Source: Octopus bimaculoides
Taxonomy: Eukaryota
Reading direction: 5' to 3'
Length of the DNA stretch: 64,000 bases
Assembly (NCBI RefSeq): GCF_001194135.2
Contig: NC_068981.1
Location: forward strand, 78,732,833-78,796,832
Shown: one piece after another, positions 38,498 to 50,985 of the stretch
Position numbering within the stretch: position 1 is the stretch's first letter
Layout of the letters: every line of letters begins with the position of its first letter
Program-made: the position numbers and the translations under genes
The notes under the pieces: generated by a model
The model's database searches: none
What the model was told of the DNA's origin: nothing
Seen by the model: the letters and a program-made list of their open reading frames with translations, nothing else

Positions 38498-39420
38498 CTA
38501 GCAAATGATAAGAAGAAAACAAATTTATATTTACAAAAGAAATAACAGCAAATACAGCATTTATGAACAGTATAGGGCGGGAAAGAGAGAAACCACCAAT
38601 TTTTCTCTTAGTAACAAAAAAAAAAAATATCTATGGTGATGAAGAAACTATCAGTTGACCACCACACTTCAGTCAGTTCACAAACCGTAATGCACTCACT
38701 TCTATGCAATTCATAGGAGACAGAAAGAGACAGAAATTATTGATGTTTCCCATTCAGCTTATTTGTATATGTTTGATCATTTACCTTATAGTATACAGAC
38801 ATGTAATGTGAATTTACTTTGCTATTTTTATTTATTCTTTAAGGCTTAAACAGAGGAGGAAGGGCAGTGGTTGTGACCCTTATCAGGGCATCTGAAACTA
38901 GAAGGAAGTGAGGAAATTATCACCAGACTGGAGACATAGTCCAAGTGCATACAAGAAAGTGGACTCTGCTGAAAGCACCTAAAGGCAAGATGGCAGAGGA
39001 AGTTCAACAGGGCAGTAAGAGTAACCCCAACACTCAAAAGCATGGATGATCCAACCAACAGACTTCCCTAGTCTCTATATACAAATTTCACTCACAATGT
39101 CTAGATCAATATGAGCCTAAGGTAGAAGACACTTGCCCAAGGTGCTGTACAGAGTGATCAAAACCAAAACCAAGTCATTGCAAAGCAAACTTTTTAATCA
39201 CACAGTCATCCCTGTGCCCAGAACTATCCATAGTGCTTCCATGTAGTTACTTGGACCATTTATATTTCCCAGCCTAATTACCATCAAGACTTTCCCTACA
39301 ATGTCTAAAATGGGAGGATCTATACCTTGTAGTTTACAAAGACTGACAGAATAGACAATAAAGCAAACTGAGGATTGGATAACCCAATGTTATCGCTTTC
39401 AAAAACATCAAATACACTGG

Positions 39421-39626
39421 AGTAAAGATTGTTTGCCAACATAACATGGCAGTCCCGGTTTAGGACAAATGTTGCTGTAATTTAGCCCCAGGAGATATTG
39501 TCTCTCGAACAAGGGAACAGATCATGTTGTATAGCCAGCTGGAGACGATGTCTCCTGGAGCTAAATTGCAGCAACATTCGTCCTAAACCAGGACTGCCAT
39601 GTTATGTTGACAAAACAATCTTTACT
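39421..39626. mobile_element. Palindromic MITE (about 85-bp arms)
   Basis: agtaaagattgtttgccaacataacatggcagtcccggtttaggac...ggagatattgtctc is mirrored by gagacgatgtctcc...gtcctaaaccaggactgccatgttatgttgacaaaacaatctttact. Confidence 0.9.
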
Positions 39627-40084
39627 TCAAAGTACTGTTACTGAATATCTCTCATCGTGAGACTAAAAAATAGTAATTTTCTAATCAAATACACTAATAT
39701 AGCAACTTGCTGTGATTTTCTTACTTTTCATTATATTTGTTACCTGTCAATGGTAATTGAGTGCTACTGAAATTGATATTTCATGTCTACAATTCTTACT
39801 ACACATGTGTTTGTGTTTGACAAATAAGATTCTATAGGTATGAAGTCCCAATTGCTGTAGTATCCACTGAATATTGTAGATATACTTTCAAATAAATATG
39901 GATTAAGTGGTTAATAGGAAAATTTATACTTCTTTTCTTTCAGTATGTACACCGAATTTCCCAGAACACAAAATTACATTTTCAATTTGATAATCAACAA
40001 GGTAGGTCGCTGCATTGTGCAAGGGAAGCAACTCTGATTTGAATTTTCTATGCATTTAGATATTATCCTAGCAATGTGTGTATA

Positions 40085-40136
<52 letters not shown>

Positions 40137-40471
40137 ATTCTGTATACTTTTGTCATACTAATTTGACAGGGGTTTACATTCTGAAGCTGAAAAAAAAAAA
40201 AATTAATATAATTCAGATCGTGTTCCACATTCAATGCTTACACAGGCAAGTGGGAATTTTGCTTATTTGGTCACTTGCATTCTGTTCGTGTAATAACAGT
40301 TCATCCACCAAAGAGGTCATACACCACAAAGATACACACTAAAAGCAAAGCTTCTTATCTATGCTGAAATAATAAGATATGTGTATATTACCTGCAAACA
40401 CAAGATAGACCTTGAGCAGAATAAATATGCAGATAAGCTGATGAAAACAATATACAGTGTGGTTTTCAATC

Positions 40472-40632
40472 CATCATCATCGTCGTCGTCGTTTAACGTC
40501 CGCTTTCCATGCTAGCATGGGTTGGACGATTTGACTGAGGACTGGTGAAACCAGATGGCTACACCAGGCTCCAATCTGATTTGGCAGAGTTTCTACAGCT
40601 GGATGCCCTTCCTAACGCCAACCACTCCGAGC
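40472..40632 (-). mobile_element. RTE 3' tail (short retrocopy)
   Basis: Reverse complement reads ctcggagtggttggcgttaggaagggcatccagctgtagaaac...gacgttaaacgacgacgatgatg. Confidence 0.9.
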
Positions 40633-41003
40633 ATTCTTATTTTTTTTATTTTCTCTAAATTTGTTGGGTCTGAAGAAAGAGTCAATGATCAGGACCTTTG
40701 CAAGCCATCCTAGACGGGCAAAATTGATGTCATTAATGCTCTTGGTCCTTTGTAAGTCAACAACTGCAGGAATGAAATGAGCAGGAAGGAGAGGGGGATC
40801 CAGAAGGCTGACATGCTGGGAAGGAAGGGTTGGGCATAGTTATTAGGGCAGGAGCAGGAAAAGTAGATGGAAATTGGGTACGATAGTAGATAATGAATGG
40901 AAGAGAGAGACAATGAGGAAGGGGGAGTGCCTGAGTGGACAGGGAATTAACCCAGCCTGTTCAAAGAGTGAAGACTGTTGCAGTAGGAGTAGAAAAGAGC
41001 AAA

Positions 41004-41287
41004 GAGAGAAAACAGCATGGCAAGGGGTGAGTGGAGAGAGAGGCGAAAAGGGAGAGAAAACAGCATGGCAGGGGGTGAGTGGAGAGAGGCGAAAAGGGAG
41101 AGAAAACAGCATGGCAAGGGGTGAGTGGAGAGAGAGGCGAAAAGGGAGAGAGAAAGCAGCATGGCAGGGGGTGAGTGGAGAGAGAGGCGAAAGGGGAGAG
41201 AAAACAGCATGGCAGGGGGTGAGTGGAGAGAGAGGCGAAAAGGGAGAGAAAACAGCATGGCAGAGGGTGAGTGGAGAGAGAGAGAGA
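41004..41287. repeat. GA-rich minisatellite, 46-50-bp unit, about 6 copies
   Basis: Unit gagagaaaacagcatggca(a/g)ggggtgagtggagagagaggcgaaaagg. Confidence 0.93.
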
Positions 41288-41943
41288 TGAAAAAGTGATT
41301 CTGGTTGTGCAATGTTTTTTTGTTTTTTTTAGTCTGAAAAATCCATTGTGGATCATGATTGAAAACTAGGCTAGTAAAATTTGTAATTTTACTACATTCA
41401 TCTGTTATTTAACTTGTTCTAAACCTCTCATCAACTGACAGATAATGAATTTAGAGAAGAAGGTTTAGTGACTTCAACTATGGCATTGTATGTAAGTGTG
41501 ACATAGAGGCTGACAGACAGGATTTGTGACGTGATGAATTTTCTTTTCAGTGTCAGTGTCTTAGAAATATCCTGAAGACTAGCTGGCATGAGCACAACAC
41601 AAAGGATGAGATCATGAGAACTGCAACAGACTATCATAGCTAGACAAATGAAGCCGCTTGGCCAGGCATTGCACTTACCATTGGAAATACTAGCAAGGAT
41701 AGCTATCCAGTGGATAACTGAAGGAGAAAGAGAGTCAGGCCAGTAAAGGCGTGGCAAAGGACTGTGTAGAGTAACTTGACTGAAATAGGTGTCACCTGGG
41801 AAGAAGAGTGCAGCTTGGCTGAGAATGGTACTGCTTGGAGAACTCTCATTACCTGATGCTGTTTGAGCAAATTGAGTTGAACCTAACAACTTTAACTGAG
41901 TTTTGTGAACTAAAACACAATAGATGTCAGAAAATCTACTTAC

Positions 41944-42359
41944 CTGTGGATTTAAAGCATTTCTTAGTTCAGTGTGAGTGTTCAGCCATATTTGAGTGTA
42001 GCCCTTTGATTTTTTGACGACGATTTCTTTGTATCTAAAAGCACACTCACTTTGGCGTACACTGAGACGGCGTTCAATTTGAGTTTGACATTCTTCATCA
42101 CTACTGTCAGTCTCTTCTTTCCGTTTATGCTTCTTGTTTAAGTGAGGCTGTGGAGGAACTTTTGACATGAGTAAACGGTATGTGTTAGTGGATGGGCTGG
42201 TAGGGATCATTGGTAACATCTGGAATCCAGGCACATCTCCATACAATGTATCCATTGACATGGTGGCTGGATTCATGGATGAGGTACGCTTGATCTGGCT
42301 GACATCTGCAGTGTAAGCAGTCACTGCAGAGACAGGTTTATTTGTAATTCCAGAAATTA
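41944..42359 (-). CDS. CDYL: CDYL coding exon (linker and start of crotonase domain), 416 nt, phase 1 in, phase 0 out
   Basis: Acceptor ttttattgcag|TA; donor CAG|gtaagt. Encodes ...RRLSVRQSECAFRYKEIVVKKSKGYTQIWLNTHTELRNALNPQ, resembling the CDY-family SVRQxESAYRYRDIVVKK...KNALN segment. Confidence 0.92.
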
Positions 42360-42559
42360 CTGCAATAAAAATGAGATAAAAATATATATACAATTTTACT
42401 TTACAAAGCAAGAAACATCTGAATAGAAATATATAAAAAATAAATAACTTCTCATCCATTTTAGTAATCTCTTTTCCTTTGAAATATATGATGCATGCTC
42501 CATGAAGGCAATGTGACCTATGCCACTGTTGCATAACTAGCACTTGTGCAAGTGTTGAG

Positions 42560-42895
42560 CAACTAGCACCTGTGCTGGTGGCACTTAAAAAGTATTTTTG
42601 AGCATTGGACCTCGCGGAGGTAATGACGAATAACCGAGATCTTTGGCGACAGAAGACCCATCAAGCCAAGTGAAATCATAGTTGTGACACAAGTGGCACT
42701 TATGCCAGTGGCATGTAAAAGCACTCATTACACTCTCAGAGTGGTTGGTGTTAGAAAGGGCATCCAGCCATAGAAACCATGCCAAATCAGACTGGAGTCT
42801 GGTGTAGCCCCTCAGCTAGCCAACCCTGGTCAAACTGTCCAACCCATGCCAGCATGGACAACAGGCGTTAAATGTTGATGATGGTGTTGATGACT
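42560..42895 (+). mobile_element. RTE 3' UTR/tail fragment
   Basis: ggcacttaaaaag...gagtggttggtgttagaaagggcatccagc...gcgttaaatgttgatgatg. Confidence 0.85.
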
Positions 42896-43384
42896 GCAAG
42901 TGTCAAAATCCAATAAAGGAACCACAAAGGTTACTCAACTTGCCAGAAATATCAAGAAAATCTCTCTTAACATTCTACCACCTTAAAAGTAAAGGAGCAA
43001 CACATTGAATAAAGTAGTCCAGGTACTTATAAAAAGATCAGTCGGTAACAGGTTCACCTTGAATGACATAAAGTAACAAAAATTTCATTACAAATGTTTT
43101 CATGGGTGTTCTTAGTGTACTTTTGCATGCTAAATCTAAATATGAAATAAGATTTTCTTTTTTCCTGTCAAGCTTAGTTTTCTTATGATGCTATGTTCAT
43201 TTTCTCTCAGCTAAAGTAATATACAAGTATAATTAAGGATTTTAATATTAGTATGTGTATGTTAGGAGAGTACACTTTGTAAAATTGTTGGCATCAGGAA
43301 GGACATCTGGCTGTAGAAACCATGCCAAAACTGAGACATTAGAGCAAAACATGATGATGATGATATAATTATTGTGTCAGATTG

Positions 43385-43715
43385 GTGAAGGTGTATGGTT
43401 TAGTGGTTAGGGTATTTGGCTCATGATGGTATGGTATGGTTGCGAGTTTCATTCCCAGTGACGCATTGAATCCTTGAGCAAGACACTTTATGTCACACTG
43501 CTCTGGTTCACTCAGCTGGCAGAAATGAGTAGTACCTGTATTTCAAAGGGCCAGCCTTGTCAAACTTTTGTCATGCTGAATCTCCCTGAGAACTACATTA
43601 AGGATACACGTGTCTGTGGACTGCTCAGTCAACTGCACATTAATATCACAAGCAAGCTGTTCCGTTGATTGGATCAACTGGAACCTTCGTTGCTATCAAT
43701 GACTGAGTGCCAGTC
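43385..43715 (+). mobile_element. tRNA-derived SINE
   Basis: A box tggtttagtggttagg; ccttgagcaagacactt core; body shared with 1-261. Confidence 0.8.
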
Positions 43716-43799
43716 ATTATGTAATATTAGTATAATTTATTTCTCTAAATGCTGGCAGGATATATTTGATCAGGGCAGTAAACTGGACATTTGAAATAT

Positions 43800-45560
43800 G
43801 TCTAGAAATGTTCAGATGTAAGCCAAACGTAGAACTACCTGAATCATCCTAGTTTCTTCTACTGTGTATGTGGTGATCTAACTTCAAAAATCTCAATAGC
43901 ATAATTTCATACTATTAGAATAAAAATGCTATGAACATTATTTTGAATGTAAACTGGGAAAGTAGGACAACTCTTATGCTTGCTACATTTTTTTTTTTGT
44001 GGTATGTGTAAGACTACTAAAAGAGATAGCTAAAAGTCAACACCACATATTATTTACAATTCCAATGATTTGGAGGAAAATCCAAAGGTCACACATGAGA
44101 CTATTATTTCTACCTTCTGAGTACAAAAGGGATCACTTCAAAACCAAAGACCTTACTTAGATGATATCCCGAAACCAGTTCTCCACAGTACTCAACTTCC
44201 AATACAAAAGCTTTTATATGATACTTTAAGCTGGAGGATATTACAGGGAAAAAGATGAAGACATTTTCTGAACCAACAGTTCAGATTACTATTTTTCCAA
44301 TGAATCACACATATATAGTCACAAAGCTGTCTGAATGACTATGTTCATGATTTGAATTTATCAGAGACAGGACTAAACTAAATTTTAGGTTCAAGATCAA
44401 AGAGTGCAACACTAAAATTAATGTTTTCACAGCTGCCATGGTGAATTCAGAGAATGGCCCTCCCATGAAGTAAACAAATGACATTTGTTCATTGATTCTT
44501 CAAAAATCAGCATAAAAGCAGTCTTTCTTCATAGCAAAAAAATGTATACTTTTTTATGTCAATGTTATGTGCTGCAATCATAGAAGTTATACACAACATG
44601 AAGTTGTTTTTACAAAAAGTTCAATATCAGAAATGTAAGCAGAATACATATGGAGATCACTGCACTTTTACAAGGATTGTAGCTAAATTACACCAAGTTC
44701 TGTTGTTTATTTTTATGTGAGTGGGACAATAGAGACAAGCAAAACCACGATGTTCTGAAGTGTTGGTTAATATATACCTAACTTGTTTGAAACAAGAGAA
44801 AATGTTTTGAATGGTTTGCTTCTCTCTGACAAAGTGTTCTTTTTTTTTTCCTTAGTACATCAAGCTTGGACTTCTGAAAAACTTTGTTATAAAGTGAGTG
44901 GAGAGAGAAATGCAAACTGGATTACCCTGTGTCAGTAAGGCCATAATTATTTTTGTACACCCTCAGATCAAGGAACTGTTGAGTGATGGGGGGTATAAAT
45001 GAGAGTCGAGTAAATTCAGGAAAGCCACATGCCAAAGTTTTAAAGGTAAGGGAGCCAAGTTTTTAGGAAATTTCAAAGCTCAAAACTATAACAAAATGGC
45101 AAGCAACCATAAGTTTTATCAAACAATGAGATGTAATATGCCCTTAACCCTTTTTGATACCAACTCACTTGACACTACCCCTGGTTCTATGATGCAAACT
45201 TACTGTTCTACAAATGATGTAGATTGAAACATTGCATCAAAATTTTATGTTGTGTTCCAAATACCAGATTAATAATAACAAAGTTACTTTACTAAATTTT
45301 TCATTATTTTCAAAATTATTGAAACAATGTCAGTGTATTTCAACAGTAATATGGTAACAAAAGGATTGGGATTAGGGTTATCAGATATTCTCTCAGAAAA
45401 CTTTGATGCTGTAAATGAGGAGCGAACGAGCGTTAGCAGGTAAGTGGAGCCCAGTATGATTGCTGACTACTGATGGACTCTTAGAAGAGATATATCTGAG
45501 GTAAAGTACAACAGACCAGGTTACTTTCTAAACTACAGAAGCATGTACTTTTATTGCACT
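43800..45560 (+). mobile_element. Fossil Chapaev3-like (CMC superfamily) DNA transposase, most of the ORF traceable
   Basis: Hand-translated fragments in order: NHPSFFYCVCGDL, FTIPMIWR, LFIDSSKISIKAVFLH, NYTKFCCLFLCEWDNRD, YIKLGLLKNFV, IFVHPQIKEL, FLGNFKAQNY, ENFDAVNEE and GKWSPSMIADY*WTLRRD. Family assignment is from memory of the consensus, not a search. Confidence 0.72.
45144..45368. mobile_element. piggyBac-like MITE inserted at TTAA inside the Chapaev3-like transposase
   Basis: TTAA|CCCTTTTTGATACCA ... TGGTAACAAAAGGATT; interrupts the C-N-M-x-L-K segment. Confidence 0.65.
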
Positions 45561-46098
45561 TTGATAAGTATGTAACTATGTATATCTATAAAAAAAATTG
45601 CATTCCACACAAAACTAACTTGATAAGAGAAATGTTACAAACTTATTTGGATCCAGCATAAAATACTGTAAGAGTCAAGTATTTTCAATGTTGAGATACA
45701 AAAAACAAGTTCCTTAGTGTTATAGGTATATTCAATCAAGGTTGACCAAAGCCAAAGGGGAAACCAACAACTGTGAGCCAAGGACATACACTGCGAGATC
45801 TTGTTTGGAAACCAAATTTGTTTCTCATCTTAAAACAATATGTAATAGAGAAATTATATCTCGCTCGTAGTGATGTTTTTACCAATCAGATCCAGAGTGC
45901 ATTCTTGATATGAAACTGGATCTACTCTAGTTAAGGTGTAAATATCAAAGTCATGAACATAATAACTTCCCATAATCAATCTCAGATCAATTCCAATAAA
46001 TTCACATTAATGACATATAAGATCACAGCTGGGCACTTAGTCTCCACAACAAATCACAGAGCAAACATAAAAAAACACAACAAAAAGAGAAGTAAAGG

Positions 46099-49000
46099 TG
46101 TTGTGTGGATGCCCCCAGATGATAAGTAAGCTAGTCCAATATGTATAGATAGTGAACGTGATAGCTTGTCGTGGAAGCGTCGCGTAGAGCAAGATGGAGC
46201 CGTCAGTAGACTAGACGTCAAATCCAGTTGAGCAGAGGTACATTATTGGTGAAGGCATGCCATCCAAACGTGCGATATAACAGTGGCGACGAGGTTTCGA
46301 ATAGTACCAAAATGGAAGAGTTACTGAAAGCAGTTGTCAAACAACAAGAGCAGCAACAGCAGCAACTACAGAAGTTAACAGAATTGTTACTGCAGTCGAG
46401 AAATGTGACAGAATCATTTTCAGCAGATGGTGTTGCAAATCCCATCAAAGAATTTCACAACAAACCAGATGAAGGAACTATTTTTACTGCATATTACAGA
46501 TGATATGAAGACATATTCCGAGAGGAATGCAAGGGAGGGTCTAGTGAAAGGAAGGTAAGACTCCTTTTGCGAAAGCTTGCCCCTCCGGAACATGAAAGTT
46601 TTTGTAACTTTATTTTGCCAAGAAAGCCCGCAGAATTGTGTTTTGATGCAACAATAAATATTTTAACTAATATTTTTAGCAAGAAAAGTTTGCAGTTTAA
46701 TATTTGGTGGGAATATTTAAATTTAAAGAAAAACGAGTCTGATGATTTTGTAACATATGCCGGTATGGTTAATAAGGCTTGTGAAAGGTTTAAGCTGGAA
46801 GAATTAATGCCAGATATGTTCAAGTGCTTAACATTCGTTAAAGGGCTGGTGGTAATGGAAGATGTGGAAATTAGAAAAAGAATATTATCAAAGCTGAATC
46901 AAGATGTGATACTAACCTTGTAGAAAGTGGCTGAGGAATGCCAACAAATAATAAACCTTCAAGATGATACAAGAAAAATAGAAGACAATAATAAGAATGT
47001 ACAAATGTGTAAAGAAAGTACAGATAGAAGAAAATATATAAATTCAAAATGGTGCTATGGTTGCGGAGACCGACATTTGAGGAAAGATTGCCCCTTTAAT
47101 GATAAAACGTGTTTTAAGTGTGGTAAAATTGGGCATATACAGACAAAATGCCGGTCGAAGAAAATTGTAAAACCGAAGAAAGTCTACTCAACAAAAGTAA
47201 ATTATACCATACAAAATCGAAAATTTGTGTTGGTAGAAATAAAAGGTTTTCAGACCAAAATGCAATGAGATACCGGTTCAGACATTGATAATAAATATGG
47301 CAAAATGGAGTAAGATAGGCAGGCTGGTGTATAAAAAAAGTACTAGGATAGCTCACGGTGTGTCAGGGGAATGAGTTCAATTCTTGGGCGAAATTTCACC
47401 AGAAATAAAACTTAAAAACATGACGTGGAAAAGTAAACTAATGGTATCTAAGAATACAATGAATCTGTTCGGGACAGATTTAATAGAAGAATTCGACCTG
47501 TGGGATCTACCACAGTCCGTGTGAAAGAAAGCATCGGAAAAATTGAAATTAAAATTGAAAAAGATGTACCCTGATGTGTTTTCGAAAGAACTCAGTACGT
47601 GTAAAAAAATCAAAGTAAAGTTTAAGTTGAAAGAAAATGTGGTGCCAGTGTTCAAACCAAAAAGGAATGTATCTTTTGCACCGTTAAATCAAGTTGAGAA
47701 GGAATTAAAAAGATTGGAAGACATGGAGGTAATTGAAAAAGTAGATTACTCTGAGTGGGCGACTCCTACTGTATACATAAAAAAGAAGAACAACGAAATA
47801 AGAGTATGTGCGGACTTCTCAACTGGTCTTAATGATTGTTTTAAAAAATTACAATTATCTGCTTCCAAACTCAGAAGAAATATTTGCTAAGTGCAATGGT
47901 GGGAAAATATTTTCCAAGCTGGATTTGTCAGAGGCCTACCTCCAATTACTAGTAGATGAAGAATGTGCTAAAGTATTAACAATCAATACTCATAAAAGTC
48001 TCTACCATTTCAAAAGACTGCCATTTGGGGTTAAGGTCGCACCAGCAATATTTCAACAAGTGGAGTTTGCGGTCCCATACTTGGATGACATATTGATCAA
48101 AAGAGAATCGAGGGACCAACATATTGAACATATAGAAGAGGTTTTCAAATGAATAAGCGATTATGGGTTCAAAGTGAGGATAAATGTGAATTTTTCTTGA
48201 CAAAAATAAAGTGCTTAGGACAAGTAATCGATGAAAACGGACGAAAACCGGACCCTTCTAGGATCAATGTGATAAAAAAAAAAATGCCTGCTCCCACTAA
48301 CAACACTACAAGCATTTTTAGGCCTGTAAGTTATTACCAGTTGTACATACCTAAATGTATGAGCTAAGAGCTCTGTTGAACAAGTTGCTAAAGAAGTACT
48401 TGAAATGGGACTGGACAAACGAATGTCAGAGAGCATTCAAGGAATTAAAAAAGCGGTTAACATCAGAGTTATCGTTAACTCATTTTGACCCAAATCTGAA
48501 AATAATTGTAACATCGGATGCCAGTGAATATGGAATAAGAGCTGTGATATTGCATAAATTTAATGATGGTAAAATCAAAGCTATTGCATTGAGAGTTCTA
48601 TTACCAACGGAAAGAAACTACAGCCAGATTGCAGTAAAAAATTCCATAAATTCTTACATGAGAGAAAGTTTACACTGCAAACGGATCACCGACCGTTACT
48701 ATCTATTTTCAGTTTGAAAAAGAGTATCCCCACGCACTCAGCAAACTGCTTACAGTGCTGGGGGACTACCCTGTTGAATTACGATTTCCAGATGAAGTAT
48801 TTGCCATCAATGAAAATGGGACACGCAGATGGGTTGTCAAGGCTAATTCCAAAATATAAGGAACCTTTTGAAGACATGGTGATTGCATTGTTAAAACTAG
48901 AAATGGAACTGAAGAACATTTTGTGCAATGTAGTACATGATTTGCTGGTAACGCTGGAACAAATTAAATTGGAATCAAGAAAAGATAGGTTCATAAACAT

Positions 49001-49815
49001 GATTAAAAAAATGTTGAATAACACGAAAAATATAAATGAGTGGGACACAGGTTCAAAGCACTATTCAGAATGTAATGAGTTATTATTATATGCACAAAGA
49101 GTGGTAATACCTAAAGCACTGCAAAACAGAGTATTAAAAGACTTCCATGTAGGACATCCAGGGATTGTCTAGATGAAGAGCCTTATGAGAAGTTACGTTT
49201 ATTGGCCGAATATGGACAAGCAAATTGAGAGACTGGTAAAACAGTGTAGTGGATGCACTATGGCAGCAAAGGTGCCCCCAATGCAGATTCAACCATGGCC
49301 AAAAACGGATTCTGCATGGTCTAGACTGCATGTGGATTTCACAGGACCAATAAATGGCTCTCATTACATCATCGAGGTGGACAGCTATTCCAAATGGCCT
49401 GAAGTGTGTAAATGTTCAAGGCCAACCAAAAGTGTGACGATTGACTTCTTGGAAGAATTATTCGCTCATTATGGGGTGCCAAACACGATTGTGTCAGATA
49501 ATGGTACACAATTCACGGTGAAGGAGTTTGAAAGATTTTGTAAGTCGGTTCAAATGAAGCATGTGTTAACTCCGCCATACCATCCAAGGTCAAATGAGTC
49601 TGCAAAAGGATTTGTCGACACATTCAAGAGAGCTTTAAGAAAGACCAGATGGGAAACCCTTGAAGATACAAAAATGACAAACGTTTTGCAGGTGTATAGA
49701 CTAACACTGAATCCAAATGCAGAGTCAGGTAGGTCACCCACAGATTTGATGTTTCCCAGAAAAATTTGTTCTATTTTTGATAAATTGTTGCTGAGTAGGA
49801 AACAGAAAATAGAAA
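46099..49815 (+). mobile_element. Ty3/gypsy (Mag/K02A2.6-like) retrotransposon with 5' LTR, gag-pol pseudogene, 3' end missing
   Basis: LTR TGTTGTG...TATAACA at 46099-46282; PBS TGGCGACGAGG at 46284; gag ATG at 46312 with two CCHC knuckles; protease DTGSD; RT YLDD; RNase H DASEYG; integrase HxGHPG..CSGC, VDFTGP and SDNGTQF. Many stops and frameshifts. Confidence 0.93.
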
Positions 49816-50055
49816 ATTTGTGTTTACGTATGTATACATGTATGTATATGTATATGTGAATCTGTTTATTTGATTAAGTAATAGGCGTAGATGTATAGCT
49901 ATGTGTATGTGTATGAGTCTATTTCTATTTATACATGTGTGTATATATAAATAGATACATATGTGTATTTGGGGACATGCACACATGTGTATATTTGTAT
50001 ATGCGTGGGTACGTATGTGCATATGTATAAATGTGGACGTATGAGTGTATATATA

Positions 50056-50096
<41 letters not shown>

Positions 50097-50883
50097 NNNN
50101 NNNNNNNNNNNNNNNNNNNNNNNNNNNNNNNNNNNNNNNNNNNNNNNNNNNNNNNNNNNNNNNNNNNNNNNNNNNNNNNNNNNNNNNNNNNNNNNNNNNN
50201 NNNNNNNNNNNNNNNNNNNNNNNNNNNNNNNNNNNNNNNNNNNNNNNNNNNNNNNNNNNNNNNNNNNNNNNNNNNNNNNNNNNNNNNNNNNNNNNNNNNN
50301 NNNNNNNNNNNNNNNNNNNNNNNNNNNNNNNNNNNNNNNNNNNNNNNNNNNNNNNNNNNNNNNNNNNNNNNNNNNNNNNNNNNNNNNNNNNNNNNNNNNN
50401 NNNNNNNNNNNNNNNNNNNNNNNNNNNNNNNNNNNNNNNNNNNNNNNNNNNNNNNNNNNNNNNNNNNNNNNNNNNNNNNNNNNNNNNNNNNNNNNNNNNN
50501 NNNNNNNNNNNNNNNNNNNNNNNNNNNNNNNNNNNNNNNNNNNNNNNNNNNNNNNNNNNNNNNNNNNNNNNNNNNNNNNNNNNNNNNNNNNNNNNNNNNN
50601 NNNNNNNNNNNNNNNNNNNNNNNNNNNNNNNNNNNNNNNNNNNNNNNNNNNNNNNNNNNNNNNNNNNNNNNNNNNNNNNNNNNNNNNNNNNNNNNNNNNN
50701 NNNNNNNNNNNNNNNNNNNNNNNNNNNNNNNNNNNNNNNNNNNNNNNNNNNNNNNNNNNNNNNNNNNNNNNNNNNNNNNNNNNNNNNNNNNNNNNNNNNN
50801 NNNNNNNNNNNNNNNNNNNNNNNNNNNNNNNNNNNNNNNNNNNNNNNNNNNNNNNNNNNNNNNNNNNNNNNNNNNNNNNNNNN

Positions 50884-50916
<33 letters not shown>

Positions 50917-50931
50917 CTGCTGTGAAGCCCA

Positions 50932-50962
<31 letters not shown>

Positions 50963-50985
50963 AATATGTGTGTGTGTGTCTAACA
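49816..50985. repeat. (TA)n/(TG)n-rich microsatellite tract with an N gap (50097-50883)
   Basis: Direct reading. Confidence 0.9.

Noticed and set aside
40874-41356. Repetitive ORFs of 120-138 aa over the minisatellite
   Set aside because: Open frames arise from the stop-poor repeat unit; no splice or homology support.
41431-42543. 370-aa ORF taken as a single-exon gene
   Set aside because: Only 41944-42359 is CDYL-like and splice-bounded; the flanks are intron or repeat read-through.
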